From positions 1 to 53,926 of the forward strand of contig JAEFBC010000070.1 in NCBI GenBank assembly GCA_016292155.1: a DNA stretch of 53,926 nucleotides. The letters are read 5' to 3'. Source of the DNA: Saccharofermentans sp. (GTDB taxonomy: Bacteria > Bacillota > Clostridia > Saccharofermentanales > Saccharofermentanaceae). The position numbers and the translations under genes are program-made. This document shows positions 9,258-18,387 of the stretch, one piece after another. Under the pieces are notes generated by a model. It was not told the DNA's origin. It saw nothing but the letters and a program-made list of their open reading frames with translations, and made no database searches. Every line of letters begins with the position of its first letter. The stretch's first letter is position 1.

Positions 9258-10436
9258 ATGATCAATACAGCAGTCATCGGGATGGGTAATATGGGCAGCC
9301 GCTATGCAGGCTATATTGCGTCCGGAATGGTGCCGGGCATGACGCTTTCGGCTGTAACGAGAGTAAGTCCTGAGAGGCTTTCGCAGCTTGAGGAAGATCT
9401 GGGTAATAAGATTCCTGTTTACGATACCGCAGATGAACTCCTGGACAGTTTTGCACGTGGAGAGATCTCTCTTGATGCTGTCATTATCGCAACGCCTCAT
9501 TATTCGCATGAACAGATTGCCGTTAAGGCGTGGAGAGCAGGGCTTGACGTGCTTTGCGAGAAGCCTGCAGGTGTTTATTCGAGGCAGGCGCGCATCATGG
9601 AGACGGAAGCTGTAAGCGCCGGAAGAGTCTTTGCCATGATGTTCCAGATGAGGCTGTCAGAATGCTGCCGCGAGCTCTATTCGATCGTCTCTTCAGGCAG
9701 ATACGGAAAGATCAAGAGAGTCCACTGGCTCGTTACGAACTGGTACAGACCTGACGGCTACTATAAAGCAAGCAAATGGCATGCCACATGGGCGACTGAC
9801 GGCGGCGGAGTCCTTCTTAACCAGTGCCCCCACAACCTTGATATCCTCCAATGGATATGCGGCACCCCTGCCCGCGTTCAGGGTTTCTGCCACGAGGGAC
9901 ATTACCACGACATCGAAGTCGAAGACGATGTAACCGCCTATATGGAATGGGAGAACGGCGCGACCGGCACATTCATCACATCAACAGGTGACGCCCCTGC
10001 CATCGACCGTCTTGAGATATTCCTTGAAGAAGCCCTGATCGTCTGTGAGAATGGCAATCTCAAGGTTTCCGAACTTGCGCCCGAACTGGGTCAGAAAGAG
10101 TCTGATTACAGGAAGAATTCGGCCGATTTCTTCAAGACGATAAAAGGTACCTGGCACGACGTCGCTCTTGGCAAAGATGTTGAAGATCAGTGGCTTAAGA
10201 TGCTCTGCGGTTTTTCCTCATATCTCGAAAAGAACTCCGGCTCAAACCCCTCCTCCGAACCCTTCATTATCCCCGGTTCAGAAGGCCGGAAGAGCCTTCT
10301 ACTCTCAAACGCCATCTACCTGTCTTCGTGGAAAAAGAAGATGATCGACGTACCGGAGATAGGCTCAGAAGATGAGCTTGAGTTTGAGAAGAGATTTGAA
10401 GAGGAGATTGGGAAGAAAAAGGGGAAAGGCTTATAA
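9258..10436 (+). CDS. Gfo/Idh/MocA family NAD(P)-dependent oxidoreductase
   Basis: VIGMGNMG Rossmann motif, IATPHYSH, LCEKP, GGGVLLNQCPHNLD; alternative GTG start at 9240. Confidence 0.93.
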   Translation: MINTAVIGMGNMGSRYAGYIASGMVPGMTLSAVTRVSPERLSQLEEDLGNKIPVYDTADELLDSFARGEISLDAVIIATPHYSHEQIAVKAWRAGLDVLCEKPAGVYSRQARIMETEAVSAGRVFAMMFQMRLSECCRELYSIVSSGRYGKIKRVHWLVTNWYRPDGYYKASKWHATWATDGGGVLLNQCPHNLDILQWICGTPARVQGFCHEGHYHDIEVEDDVTAYMEWENGATGTFITSTGDAPAIDRLEIFLEEALIVCENGNLKVSELAPELGQKESDYRKNSADFFKTIKGTWHDVALGKDVEDQWLKMLCGFSSYLEKNSGSNPSSEPFIIPGSEGRKSLLLSNAIYLSSWKKKMIDVPEIGSEDELEFEKRFEEEIGKKKGKGL

Positions 10437-10826
10437 TTCGCCTTTAATCTTTTTCGTTACTTCCACATCCGCAGGCAGCCAATCAACCGTTTCAATTTCA
10501 TCTATTGATAACCATTTTGCGGCTTCATGTTCAAGTAGTTCCATGTCAGAATCCGGTGCCAGTTCTGCCCAGAAACAATCCATGGATAAGTGGAAATTCG
10601 GATAATCATATTCGACTGTTGTAAGAAGAGCGCCGACGATTATGTCTGCGTTTAATTCTTCCTTAATCTCTCTAGCAAGTGCATGTTCAGGAGACTCACC
10701 GTCTTCTATTTTTCCGCCTGGGAATTCCCATCCGTCTTTAAAATCACCATATCCTCGCTGTGTTGCGAAGATCTTATTTCCTTTTCGTATTATTGCTGCT
10801 ACTACTCTAATTGTTTTCATTTCCAA
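10431..10826 (-). CDS. MutT-like Nudix (d)NTP pyrophosphohydrolase
   Basis: Nudix box WEFPGGKIEDGESPEHALAREIKEEL; alternative ATG start at 10820. Confidence 0.93.
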   Translation of the reverse strand: MEMKTIRVVAAIIRKGNKIFATQRGYGDFKDGWEFPGGKIEDGESPEHALAREIKEELNADIIVGALLTTVEYDYPNFHLSMDCFWAELAPDSDMELLEHEAAKWLSIDEIETVDWLPADVEVTKKIKGEL

Positions 10827-10850
10827 ACGTTACTTCATAATGAGTGATAA

Positions 10851-13800
10851 TCAACCAATCATCAACTTATTTGTCTTCTTCAAGAATTTGGCCGGGATTG
10901 GTTTATCAAGCCTCCATGTAATACTCATTGGTCTATCACCAGTATGATTGACATAATTCGCAGGGCCAAGGAATGTGTAAATACCGGCTCCTCCAGATAT
11001 GCGATCAGTCTTATACTCTCTGACAAACAAGAGAATTTTGCTGCCGTTTTTATTGTGGTTAATATATCTCTGGCCTGTCGTAGAAGAAGATGATGTTGTA
11101 CTCTGACTCTGCCAGTGGAATAGTTCTTCATTTATAGAGTAATCATCATAAAGAGTGGTGGGAGAATAGTCCTTATCCGCTTTATTCAGAGTGATAAAGA
11201 AGACGTCCACCTTTTTATCTGGCAACCACTTAACGCCTTCTCTTACAGTACCGGGCTTATCAAAATCCATTGCAACCAGTATCTGATCTCTAGTGTATGA
11301 ACAATGTAGATCTAGAGGACATTCAAAGCCAAGATCAACAGATTCATCGATGAAGTCGATCTCGTCAAAACGATAGCTGAGAAGCTCATCCAGTTCTTTG
11401 AGCATGGTTTTGGATTTGAACAATTCATCAATATTGTCTTTGACTTCGTTATCGTTCAAATCAAGCATTGGTTTATTGAATATAGTGATATAGAACATTT
11501 GGAACATTCGCTTCTCGACAGGCGACATAGACGAATAATTAAAACTATTCCGATAATTGATCAGATGTCTTAAGTAAGCGATCCATCTGCGTGAATCTGC
11601 GGTAGCAAACTTAGCAAACGACTTTTGTAGTTTTTCTTCCAGCGGCTCCTTGAAATCTTCGGCAATATCAGCCATAGCACATAATCTTGAGAAAGATGAG
11701 TACTTATACATATACCTAGGATCAAGATGGTAGTAGTTTAAGAATGAAGAGAGCCTTAATTCCAATCCGGTATCATCTGAAAAAGACTCTATCTTCTTTA
11801 CTAATCCGGCAGTGTTTCCATAAGCAGCTCTTATGTTATCAAGAATTATCCTAGATGCTTTCTCTTCTAATTGAATATAACATCCCTTTGGAACGCCAAT
11901 GAAACCTTCCTTGATTTCTCTTGAAACGCTTCTTGATGAGTCATTGAGGAGGGCGGCAAATTTACTCTCAAAGTTATATTTTCTGTTAGCTTGTCCAATA
12001 AAGTCTAAAACAGTAAGGCAATCCTTACCCTCAGCAAGACGAAGACCTCTTCCAAGTTGTTGCAAGAAAACAGTCAGGGATTCCGTTGGCCTTAAGAACA
12101 GAACAGTATTAACTTCCGGTATATCAACACCTTCGTTGTAGAGATCTACAACAAATATGACCTTGATGGTTCCTTGAACAAGTTTATACTTGGCAGAGCT
12201 GCGTTCTTCTTCTGGTGAATCACCTGTAAGACACATAGCCGGAATACCATGGTTATTGAAGAACTCGCTCATGAATCTCGCATGTTCAATGGAAACACAG
12301 AATCCAAGAGCTTTTACTTCTTCTATGTCAGTAACGTATTTTATTAATGAACTGCGAACCATATCTGCACGCCTATCAGAAACAGCACCACTGAATGTAT
12401 AGATATTGGTTAGTTCACCTTTGTCATATCCTCCGCGAGCCCATTTAAGGGTGTCTAAGTCAACAGTATCAGTCACTCCAAAATACTGGAACGGACAAAG
12501 AAGTTTACGGTTGATAGCTTCTGGAAGTCTTATTTCAGCTGCTATTCTGTTGTCGAAGTATTCGAGGATGTTCTTTCCGTCCATACGCTCAGGAGTAGCT
12601 GTTAATCCTAATAAGATTTCAGGTTTGTAATACTCTAATAGCTTCTTGTAGGAAGGCGCCGCTGAATGATGGAACTCATCAACTATAACAAACTGATAGA
12701 AGTCTTCAGAGGTCTTGGTAGCGAAATCCTTTGAGTTGAAAGACTGTATTGAAATAAACAGATGGTCAATACCATCCGGAGTGTTTCTACCGACAAGTGT
12801 ATCTCCAAAATTTGGATCTTTCAGCACAGCTCGGAATGTGTACAGCGCCTGGCTGAGGATTTCCTCTCTGTGAGCCACAAACAGAAGCCTTGTTGGTTTG
12901 CCGGGATGTGCTTTAACAAAACGCCTGTAATCTAAGGCTGCAATAACAGTTTTACCTGTTCCTGTGGCAGCCACGAGCAGATTTTTGTAATGCCCCCTAA
13001 TTTCTCGTTCCGCTTGAAGTTTATCCAGGATCTCCTGTTGATAAGAGTATGGTGTTACATCAACAGTATATTTATTTGCATCATCATTTTTATGATATCT
13101 CTCTGCTTTAAGGGCTCTCGCTAATCTTTCTCTCTGCCCCTCATCGTAGTATTCAAACTCACTCGAATTCCAGTTAGTTTCAAAGGTGGCAGCAATCTTC
13201 TTAATCGTGTCAGGAGAATCCTTTTGAGTTATCTTCAAATTCCATTCCAATCCGCTTGTAAGTGCAGCATTGGACATATTGGAAGAACCGACATAAGCAG
13301 TTGTAAAGCCGGTATTTCTGTAAAAAATATAAGCTTTGGCATGGAGTCGTGTGATCTTGGTGTCGTAGCTTACCTTGATTCTCGTATTTGGAAGTTGGCT
13401 AAGTTCTTCTATAGCTTTAACATCCGTAGCGCCCATATATGAGGTTGTTATGATGTCTAATTCTCCGCCATTTGTAGTGAACTGCCTGAGTTCATCTATG
13501 AGAAGTCTAAGACCACTCCATTTAATGAATGAGACAATCATCTCTATTCTGTCGCAAGAAACTATTTCCTTTTTTAGTTCTGTGAACATCTGGGGTTCGT
13601 TCTTTGCCCCAGTAAATATGCTTGATCTAGCGATAGAAGTGACGGGGCGTGAAAGCTCTGCCTTCTCATTCACCGATAGGACTGAGTTTTTCTTGTCGTA
13701 TACAGCAAGCAACTGTTCCGCTCTATCTGATACAGATTTGCTTTCTAATTGGATATTCGAACTATCTATCGCTGATTTGATTATGTTATTAACAAATTCA

Positions 13801-13997
13801 ATCTGCTGATTAGTATCGCATCCACTATCCTTAAGGAAATCTAAGCTCTGCTCAACTATTTCAGCTACATAAGACGACAAAACCTTAGATGATTCAGCCG
13901 CATCGATCTTCTCTGTCCTGGAAATCTTATCTCCTTTGGACAGCTCTTCCTCAATCGCCTTGTTGATTACCTGTTCGTACAGACCATTAGGTAGCAT
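10851..13997 (-). CDS. PLD nuclease-SF2 helicase-DUF3427 protein, SauUSI-like type IV modification-dependent restriction enzyme
   Basis: LHAKAYIF...GSSNMS (PLD HxK), ATGTGKT, DEFHH, TATPER, QQLGRGLR, C-terminal YDDYSINEELFHWQSQS; visibly AT-richer than its flanks. Confidence 0.88.
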   Translation of the reverse strand: MLPNGLYEQVINKAIEEELSKGDKISRTEKIDAAESSKVLSSYVAEIVEQSLDFLKDSGCDTNQQIEFVNNIIKSAIDSSNIQLESKSVSDRAEQLLAVYDKKNSVLSVNEKAELSRPVTSIARSSIFTGAKNEPQMFTELKKEIVSCDRIEMIVSFIKWSGLRLLIDELRQFTTNGGELDIITTSYMGATDVKAIEELSQLPNTRIKVSYDTKITRLHAKAYIFYRNTGFTTAYVGSSNMSNAALTSGLEWNLKITQKDSPDTIKKIAATFETNWNSSEFEYYDEGQRERLARALKAERYHKNDDANKYTVDVTPYSYQQEILDKLQAEREIRGHYKNLLVAATGTGKTVIAALDYRRFVKAHPGKPTRLLFVAHREEILSQALYTFRAVLKDPNFGDTLVGRNTPDGIDHLFISIQSFNSKDFATKTSEDFYQFVIVDEFHHSAAPSYKKLLEYYKPEILLGLTATPERMDGKNILEYFDNRIAAEIRLPEAINRKLLCPFQYFGVTDTVDLDTLKWARGGYDKGELTNIYTFSGAVSDRRADMVRSSLIKYVTDIEEVKALGFCVSIEHARFMSEFFNNHGIPAMCLTGDSPEEERSSAKYKLVQGTIKVIFVVDLYNEGVDIPEVNTVLFLRPTESLTVFLQQLGRGLRLAEGKDCLTVLDFIGQANRKYNFESKFAALLNDSSRSVSREIKEGFIGVPKGCYIQLEEKASRIILDNIRAAYGNTAGLVKKIESFSDDTGLELRLSSFLNYYHLDPRYMYKYSSFSRLCAMADIAEDFKEPLEEKLQKSFAKFATADSRRWIAYLRHLINYRNSFNYSSMSPVEKRMFQMFYITIFNKPMLDLNDNEVKDNIDELFKSKTMLKELDELLSYRFDEIDFIDESVDLGFECPLDLHCSYTRDQILVAMDFDKPGTVREGVKWLPDKKVDVFFITLNKADKDYSPTTLYDDYSINEELFHWQSQSTTSSSSTTGQRYINHNKNGSKILLFVREYKTDRISGGAGIYTFLGPANYVNHTGDRPMSITWRLDKPIPAKFLKKTNKLMIG

Positions 13998-14085
13998 GAA
14001 ATATTCCTTTAACTGTAAACTTTGGGAATATTATACATCAGAACAAAATCCCTATCCTCCGTGCTCAAATGTGCATTTTACGTTC

Positions 14086-14847
14086 TTATGAGCCGAATCC
14101 GCTTAAGTCCTTGATGACCTCTCCTGCGATGATGAGTCCGACGACAGAAGGGACAAAGGCGGTAGAGCCGGGGATGTCTCTTCTCTGGGTGCATTTCCGC
14201 TCGGCGCCGGGCGGACAGATGCAATGCGTCCTGCAGCTTATGGACATGTCTTCTATGGGGCGCGTAGGCTCTTCCTTGGAGTAAACGACCTTAAGGGATT
14301 TGATGCCTCTCTTCCTGCATTCACGGCGCATGACCTTTGCCAGAGGGCATATGGACGTCTTGTAGATATCTGCAACTTCGAAAGCCGTGGGATCGAGCTT
14401 GTTGCCGGCTCCCATGCTGCTGATTATGGGCGTGCCGGTCTTGTCTGCCTGCATTACGAGCTCTAACTTGCCTGTTACGGTGTCGATTGCGTCGATCACG
14501 TAATCGTATTCTTCGAAATTGAACTGGTCGGCGGTATCAGGCATATAGAAAGTCTTATATGTGCGCACGACGCAGTCAGGATTAATGTCATGGACGCGCT
14601 CTTCTGCGACGTCCACCTTATATTTGCCGACGGTCTTGCGCGTCGCGATTATCTGACGGTTGATATTTGTAAGACATACTTTGTCATCATCGATGAGGTC
14701 CAGAGCACCGATGCCGCTCCTGGCCAGAGCCTCTACGGCATATCCTCCGACACCTCCGATGCCGAACACGGCAACGCGGGCATTTTTAAGCTTATCCATG
14801 CCCTCATGTCCTAGAAGGAGCCGCGTTCTGGAAAACTGATCAAGCAT
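14086..14847 (-). CDS. tcdA: tRNA threonylcarbamoyladenosine dehydratase (ThiF/E1-like)
   Basis: QFSRTRLLLG, VFGIGGVGG, TNINRQI, SSMGAGNKLDPT, CPLAKVMR, PGSTAFVPSVVG. Confidence 0.9.
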   Translation of the reverse strand: MLDQFSRTRLLLGHEGMDKLKNARVAVFGIGGVGGYAVEALARSGIGALDLIDDDKVCLTNINRQIIATRKTVGKYKVDVAEERVHDINPDCVVRTYKTFYMPDTADQFNFEEYDYVIDAIDTVTGKLELVMQADKTGTPIISSMGAGNKLDPTAFEVADIYKTSICPLAKVMRRECRKRGIKSLKVVYSKEEPTRPIEDMSISCRTHCICPPGAERKCTQRRDIPGSTAFVPSVVGLIIAGEVIKDLSGFGS

Positions 14848-14895
14848 TGTTCTATTCTCCGTTCAAAGTCCCGGAAGACACTCCCGGGCGGTTAG

Positions 14896-15447
14896 TTAAG
14901 GTATTATATCACGGTTCTCCATTTCCTTAATCAGGCAGTCGTAAACCTTCTTATTGATATGGCAGTCAGCAAGCGCGCGGTGAGCGCCGTCGTATGAGAT
15001 GCCATAGTGGTATGCCAAGCTTCCCAAAGACCTGCTGCTCAGCTCAGGCAGGCATCTTCTCGCGACTGCGAGCGTATCCACATATTCGTTTGGAATGGGT
15101 TTTCCCAGGATGTTCATAGCGTCGCGCTGGATAAACCTTAAGTCAAAGTTCCTTATATTGTGACCGACAAGGATGCTGTCACCTGCAAAGGCCACAAAGG
15201 ATCTTAAAGCCTGGTCGATCTTCGGCGAACCTGAGACCATATCATCAGTAATGCCGTTAATACTGCTGGCCATATAAGGAATATGGAAGCCCGGGTCAAC
15301 CAGCGTCGAGAACTCATCTATTACTTCGCCGCCATCCACCTTCAGCGCAGATATCTCAATAATCGCATCAGTATCAGGAGACAATCCTGTTGTCTCAAGG
15401 TCGAAAAGAACGTAGTTGTCCAAACGCTTAATGATCATGCTCATCAC
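14896..15447 (-). CDS. DEDDh 3'-5' exonuclease (DnaQ/PolC exo-like)
   Basis: FDLETTG, GHNIRNFDL, HRALADC motifs. Confidence 0.9.
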   Translation of the reverse strand: MMSMIIKRLDNYVLFDLETTGLSPDTDAIIEISALKVDGGEVIDEFSTLVDPGFHIPYMASSINGITDDMVSGSPKIDQALRSFVAFAGDSILVGHNIRNFDLRFIQRDAMNILGKPIPNEYVDTLAVARRCLPELSSRSLGSLAYHYGISYDGAHRALADCHINKKVYDCLIKEMENRDIIP

Positions 15448-15557
15448 CTTAAGTAATACCGTATGCTATAACTAATTCTCTCATAAATCTACTCCCCCTT
15501 CCCGTCATCTGTCTCAAGGCTGATGTCGAGCAGCTCCTAAAAAGAGCTCAAGAATAA

Positions 15558-15579
15558 ATCCCATCGTCACCGATGGGAT
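15558..15579 (-). terminator. rho-independent terminator of 15635..17251
   Basis: atcccatcg-tcac-cgatgggat perfect 9-bp stem followed by TTATTCTT on the minus strand. Confidence 0.6.
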
Positions 15580-15634
15580 CTGAATGCTGTCAATGCGATT
15601 AATCGGACTGTTTTTTCGAGGCCCGGAAAAAAGA

Positions 15635-17251
15635 TCACTTCTTTGCTCCATACAGATAATCGTTCAACACCTCTTCGTAGTTGTCAGGAACACTTCTGAT
15701 ATACGCTTCCGTGTATGTATAGAACTCGATTGGAGATCTTACACATGACACGTTAAGATCTTTAGGACTCGGCAGGGGAAGCCGCTTATTATTCCGGTAA
15801 TTAAATGTGAAGAAATCTCTCCCTCCGAAATTGATATTGAGATGCGCTCCCATATATGTGAAGGTTTCCAGAAGCGACGGGGTCCACGGCTTCTTGCTTC
15901 CTCTGGATGTCTTGGGAAGGAGAAGATACCTGTCCTCCGTCTCTGCAAACATGTCTTTCTCGGTGTAATCAAATACGCGGAAGCTCCCGTCTTTCACACT
16001 GCCTGTTTCACTGATCACTTTCTTTATACTGTTGCCTTCGAAATAGACTTCAGTCCTTGTGTAATCATCGTAGAGGCGTGAGTATCTGACTTCCTTATGC
16101 CAGGTTGGATCAAGCTTTTGCAGGCCGTAATAATGCCTGATCCTGTCATCTAACTCGATCAGGTGCTTTCCTTCAGTAAAGAGATTTTCTCCGGTCTCCT
16201 TGGGCGTTTTAGATTTGGTCTTCGATTTTGAATATACCTCAGTCAGAGAGACATCCTTCTTATCCGCTTCCAGAGCCTCTGTTACACACGAAGGGAAGAT
16301 ATCTTTAAGAGCCTTCTTATCCACGCCGTTCCTGCCGTGCCAATGGAACAGCGGATAGGAGATCTCAGTCTCAAGACCGTAAAATCCCCTGTCAGTTATA
16401 TTCGTAAACTTCTCCGCAAATCCTCTGCGCTCAGGCGTCTGCAGAACTCCGCACACACCCAGAACACTGAGTATCACGTTTATCTCGTTGCCGGTGGCAT
16501 CTATTATCTTGGACCTTGTAATGAGCTTTTGCAGCGCAGTGTAATTGTTATGGTCGCCCATGCTCTCTGCAAGCTTTAAGATGTTAACGAGGATCTCAAC
16601 ATCCTTCTCCGTATAAGATACCTTGGGAAGATCTTTAAACTGCTTAAGATCGAACAGCAAAAAGTCCGGTGTCTGCATCTCCTGTATGGTGTGCTTCTGA
16701 GGATAGTACAAAGCGTATCTGGACAACGAATCTTCAACATGACATATGTATTCTTCGTCAATCTTCATACCGCAGACGGGACATGCATAGTCTGAACGGT
16801 TCAGGCCGCTCATATATTCGCGCTTAACTTTATGCTCAGGAATCGCACGCGCGATAAGGTAACTCGCAAGAGCCGTCCTATACTGATTCTTCCCTGTCGA
16901 GAGGCTGTGGAGAAAACCGTTCACAAGATCCTTGATCTCAATTTGTTTCCGGACCTTTGTAAGTTCATTCAGCAAGTCATCGTGGCTTTGTCTGCGGGGT
17001 TCTATGAGGACGCCTTTCTCGATGCCTCTTCTAATCTCAAGAGAGCGGTCGACTTTATCGTGGTATGGCTTCGCATCGTCGTAGCCGAACACCTTATTCA
17101 TTGTGTCGTGCATGTTCATGGAAGGATCAACGCCAAAGATCCGGGCAAACCGTTCGTCTAAGCCTTCCCATGATTTCTCGTAGAAATCATCCCAATACCA
17201 TGTGAAATAGTCTTTCAGGATCTTTCTTGCTTCTTTAGAACTTAAATCCAT
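15635..17251 (-). CDS. hypothetical two-domain protein (CPVCG-containing N-domain; C-domain resembling the N-terminus of long Imm26-type proteins)
   Basis: 538-aa ORF, SD GAGGGG; Lys-rich linker (KSKTKSKTPK) separates two globular parts; domain call from recollection only. Confidence 0.7.
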   Translation of the reverse strand: MDLSSKEARKILKDYFTWYWDDFYEKSWEGLDERFARIFGVDPSMNMHDTMNKVFGYDDAKPYHDKVDRSLEIRRGIEKGVLIEPRRQSHDDLLNELTKVRKQIEIKDLVNGFLHSLSTGKNQYRTALASYLIARAIPEHKVKREYMSGLNRSDYACPVCGMKIDEEYICHVEDSLSRYALYYPQKHTIQEMQTPDFLLFDLKQFKDLPKVSYTEKDVEILVNILKLAESMGDHNNYTALQKLITRSKIIDATGNEINVILSVLGVCGVLQTPERRGFAEKFTNITDRGFYGLETEISYPLFHWHGRNGVDKKALKDIFPSCVTEALEADKKDVSLTEVYSKSKTKSKTPKETGENLFTEGKHLIELDDRIRHYYGLQKLDPTWHKEVRYSRLYDDYTRTEVYFEGNSIKKVISETGSVKDGSFRVFDYTEKDMFAETEDRYLLLPKTSRGSKKPWTPSLLETFTYMGAHLNINFGGRDFFTFNYRNNKRLPLPSPKDLNVSCVRSPIEFYTYTEAYIRSVPDNYEEVLNDYLYGAKK

Positions 17252-17309
17252 AAGATATTATCCCCTCAATGGTTCCATCCGTTTGTGCTTACCGGATCGC
17301 CTTCCGTGA

Positions 17310-17630
17310 TTACTCTCTGATAAACTTCTTATCCGCTTCATATTCATCGCTGACAAAGCGCTCGACGGTCATGTGGAGATCGTATTTCTCGCGGAGTTCG
17401 GCGAGCTGCTTCATCATGGGTGATGCATGATGATCATCTATGGCAGCCTGATCTTCCCAGGAATCAATGAGCAGCACTGTCTCAGGATCATCAAGCGGCA
17501 CAAAATACTGATATCTGAGATTGCCTTTCTCAGCACGTATATCATCAGCTATACCGGACTTTTCCATCTCTTCGGCAAATGCTCTGGCACTGCCGTTCTG
17601 GCCTTTGTAATAAAGATTTACGGTTATCAT
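17310..17630 (-). CDS. antibiotic biosynthesis monooxygenase (ABM) family protein
   Basis: IRAEKGNLRYQYF, VLLIDSWEDQAAIDDHHASPMM; start ATG 17630 after AAGGAG. Confidence 0.88.
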   Translation of the reverse strand: MITVNLYYKGQNGSARAFAEEMEKSGIADDIRAEKGNLRYQYFVPLDDPETVLLIDSWEDQAAIDDHHASPMMKQLAELREKYDLHMTVERFVSDEYEADKKFIRE

Positions 17631-17674
17631 ATCAAGTCTCCTTAACCCATTCTCAATAATGCCGGTCATTCTAT

Positions 17675-17881
17675 TCAGAAATAGAATACATCTTCGAACT
17701 TTTTATCAAGTGCTATGCAGATTACCAGCGCAAGTTTAGCTGTCGGGCAGAACTGTCCGGTCTCGATCGAACTTATTGTGTTGCGTGACACGCCGACCAT
17801 TTTGGCCAGTTCATCCTGCGACAGATTCAGCTCTTTGCGGTATTCCTTCAGTCTGTTTTTTAATACCAGTGAATCGTCCAT
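17675..17881 (-). CDS. XRE/Cro-family HTH transcriptional regulator
   Basis: NRLKEYRKELNLSQDELAKMVGVSRNTISSIETGQFCP. Confidence 0.93.
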   Translation of the reverse strand: MDDSLVLKNRLKEYRKELNLSQDELAKMVGVSRNTISSIETGQFCPTAKLALVICIALDKKFEDVFYF

Positions 17882-17891
17882 TTCTCATACC

Positions 17892-18221
17892 TCAAGGATA
17901 GATCTGAAAGATCTCACAGATCGTGATAAACGTAAACATCAGAAATACTACGCCGGTCGTGAGCGACAGTATGATGTATTTGCGTTCCTTCTTTTTGACG
18001 GCATTGAAGATGTTCATTGCAAATACAATGCAGAATTCCATAGCCGCAACACCATAGATCATCTTGCTTTTTGAAGCAAGGCTCAGTGCGCCAAGAACAG
18101 CCATGAAGAAAAAACCGAATATTATTGCAAATCTTGCCGAACTCCTGTTCTCTTCGATCGTTGCCACGTCACGGCCTTTGTTCTCATTACGGCTCTTCAT
18201 TAAAATCTCTTCTTTATCCAT
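17892..18221 (-). CDS. small membrane protein (DUF6442-like), XRE partner
   Basis: MDKEEILMKSRNEN N-terminus, 3 TM; SD AGGAG. Confidence 0.75.
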   Translation of the reverse strand: MDKEEILMKSRNENKGRDVATIEENRSSARFAIIFGFFFMAVLGALSLASKSKMIYGVAAMEFCIVFAMNIFNAVKKKERKYIILSLTTGVVFLMFTFITICEIFQIYP

Positions 18222-18251
18222 TTCCTATTTCTCCTGCTTTCAAGTTTATTA

Positions 18252-18304
18252 TGACAAGTATACTTGGCAATTTGAATTGTAGCATTGCCAAGTACACTTG
18301 TCAA
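18252..18304 (-). promoter_or_regulatory. sigma-A promoter with two palindromic operator sites
   Basis: TTGACA(18304-18299)-N17-TACAAT(18281-18276) with TG extension; palindromes CAAGTATACTTG (18255-18266) and CAAGTACACTTG (18289-18300). Confidence 0.75.
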
Positions 18305-18387
18305 CAAGCAATTTATTCCTGTGGACGTTTCAGATTTGCTATAATGGAAAAGTCGGAATCAGGGATTTTTATTACAAGGATTAAGAA

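Noticed and set aside
14086-15447. ThiF protein and exonuclease as part of the adjacent defence system
   Set aside because: The ThiF protein has ordinary TcdA motifs and host-like composition, with no E2/JAB/ubiquitin-like partners; the AT-rich islet ends near 14040
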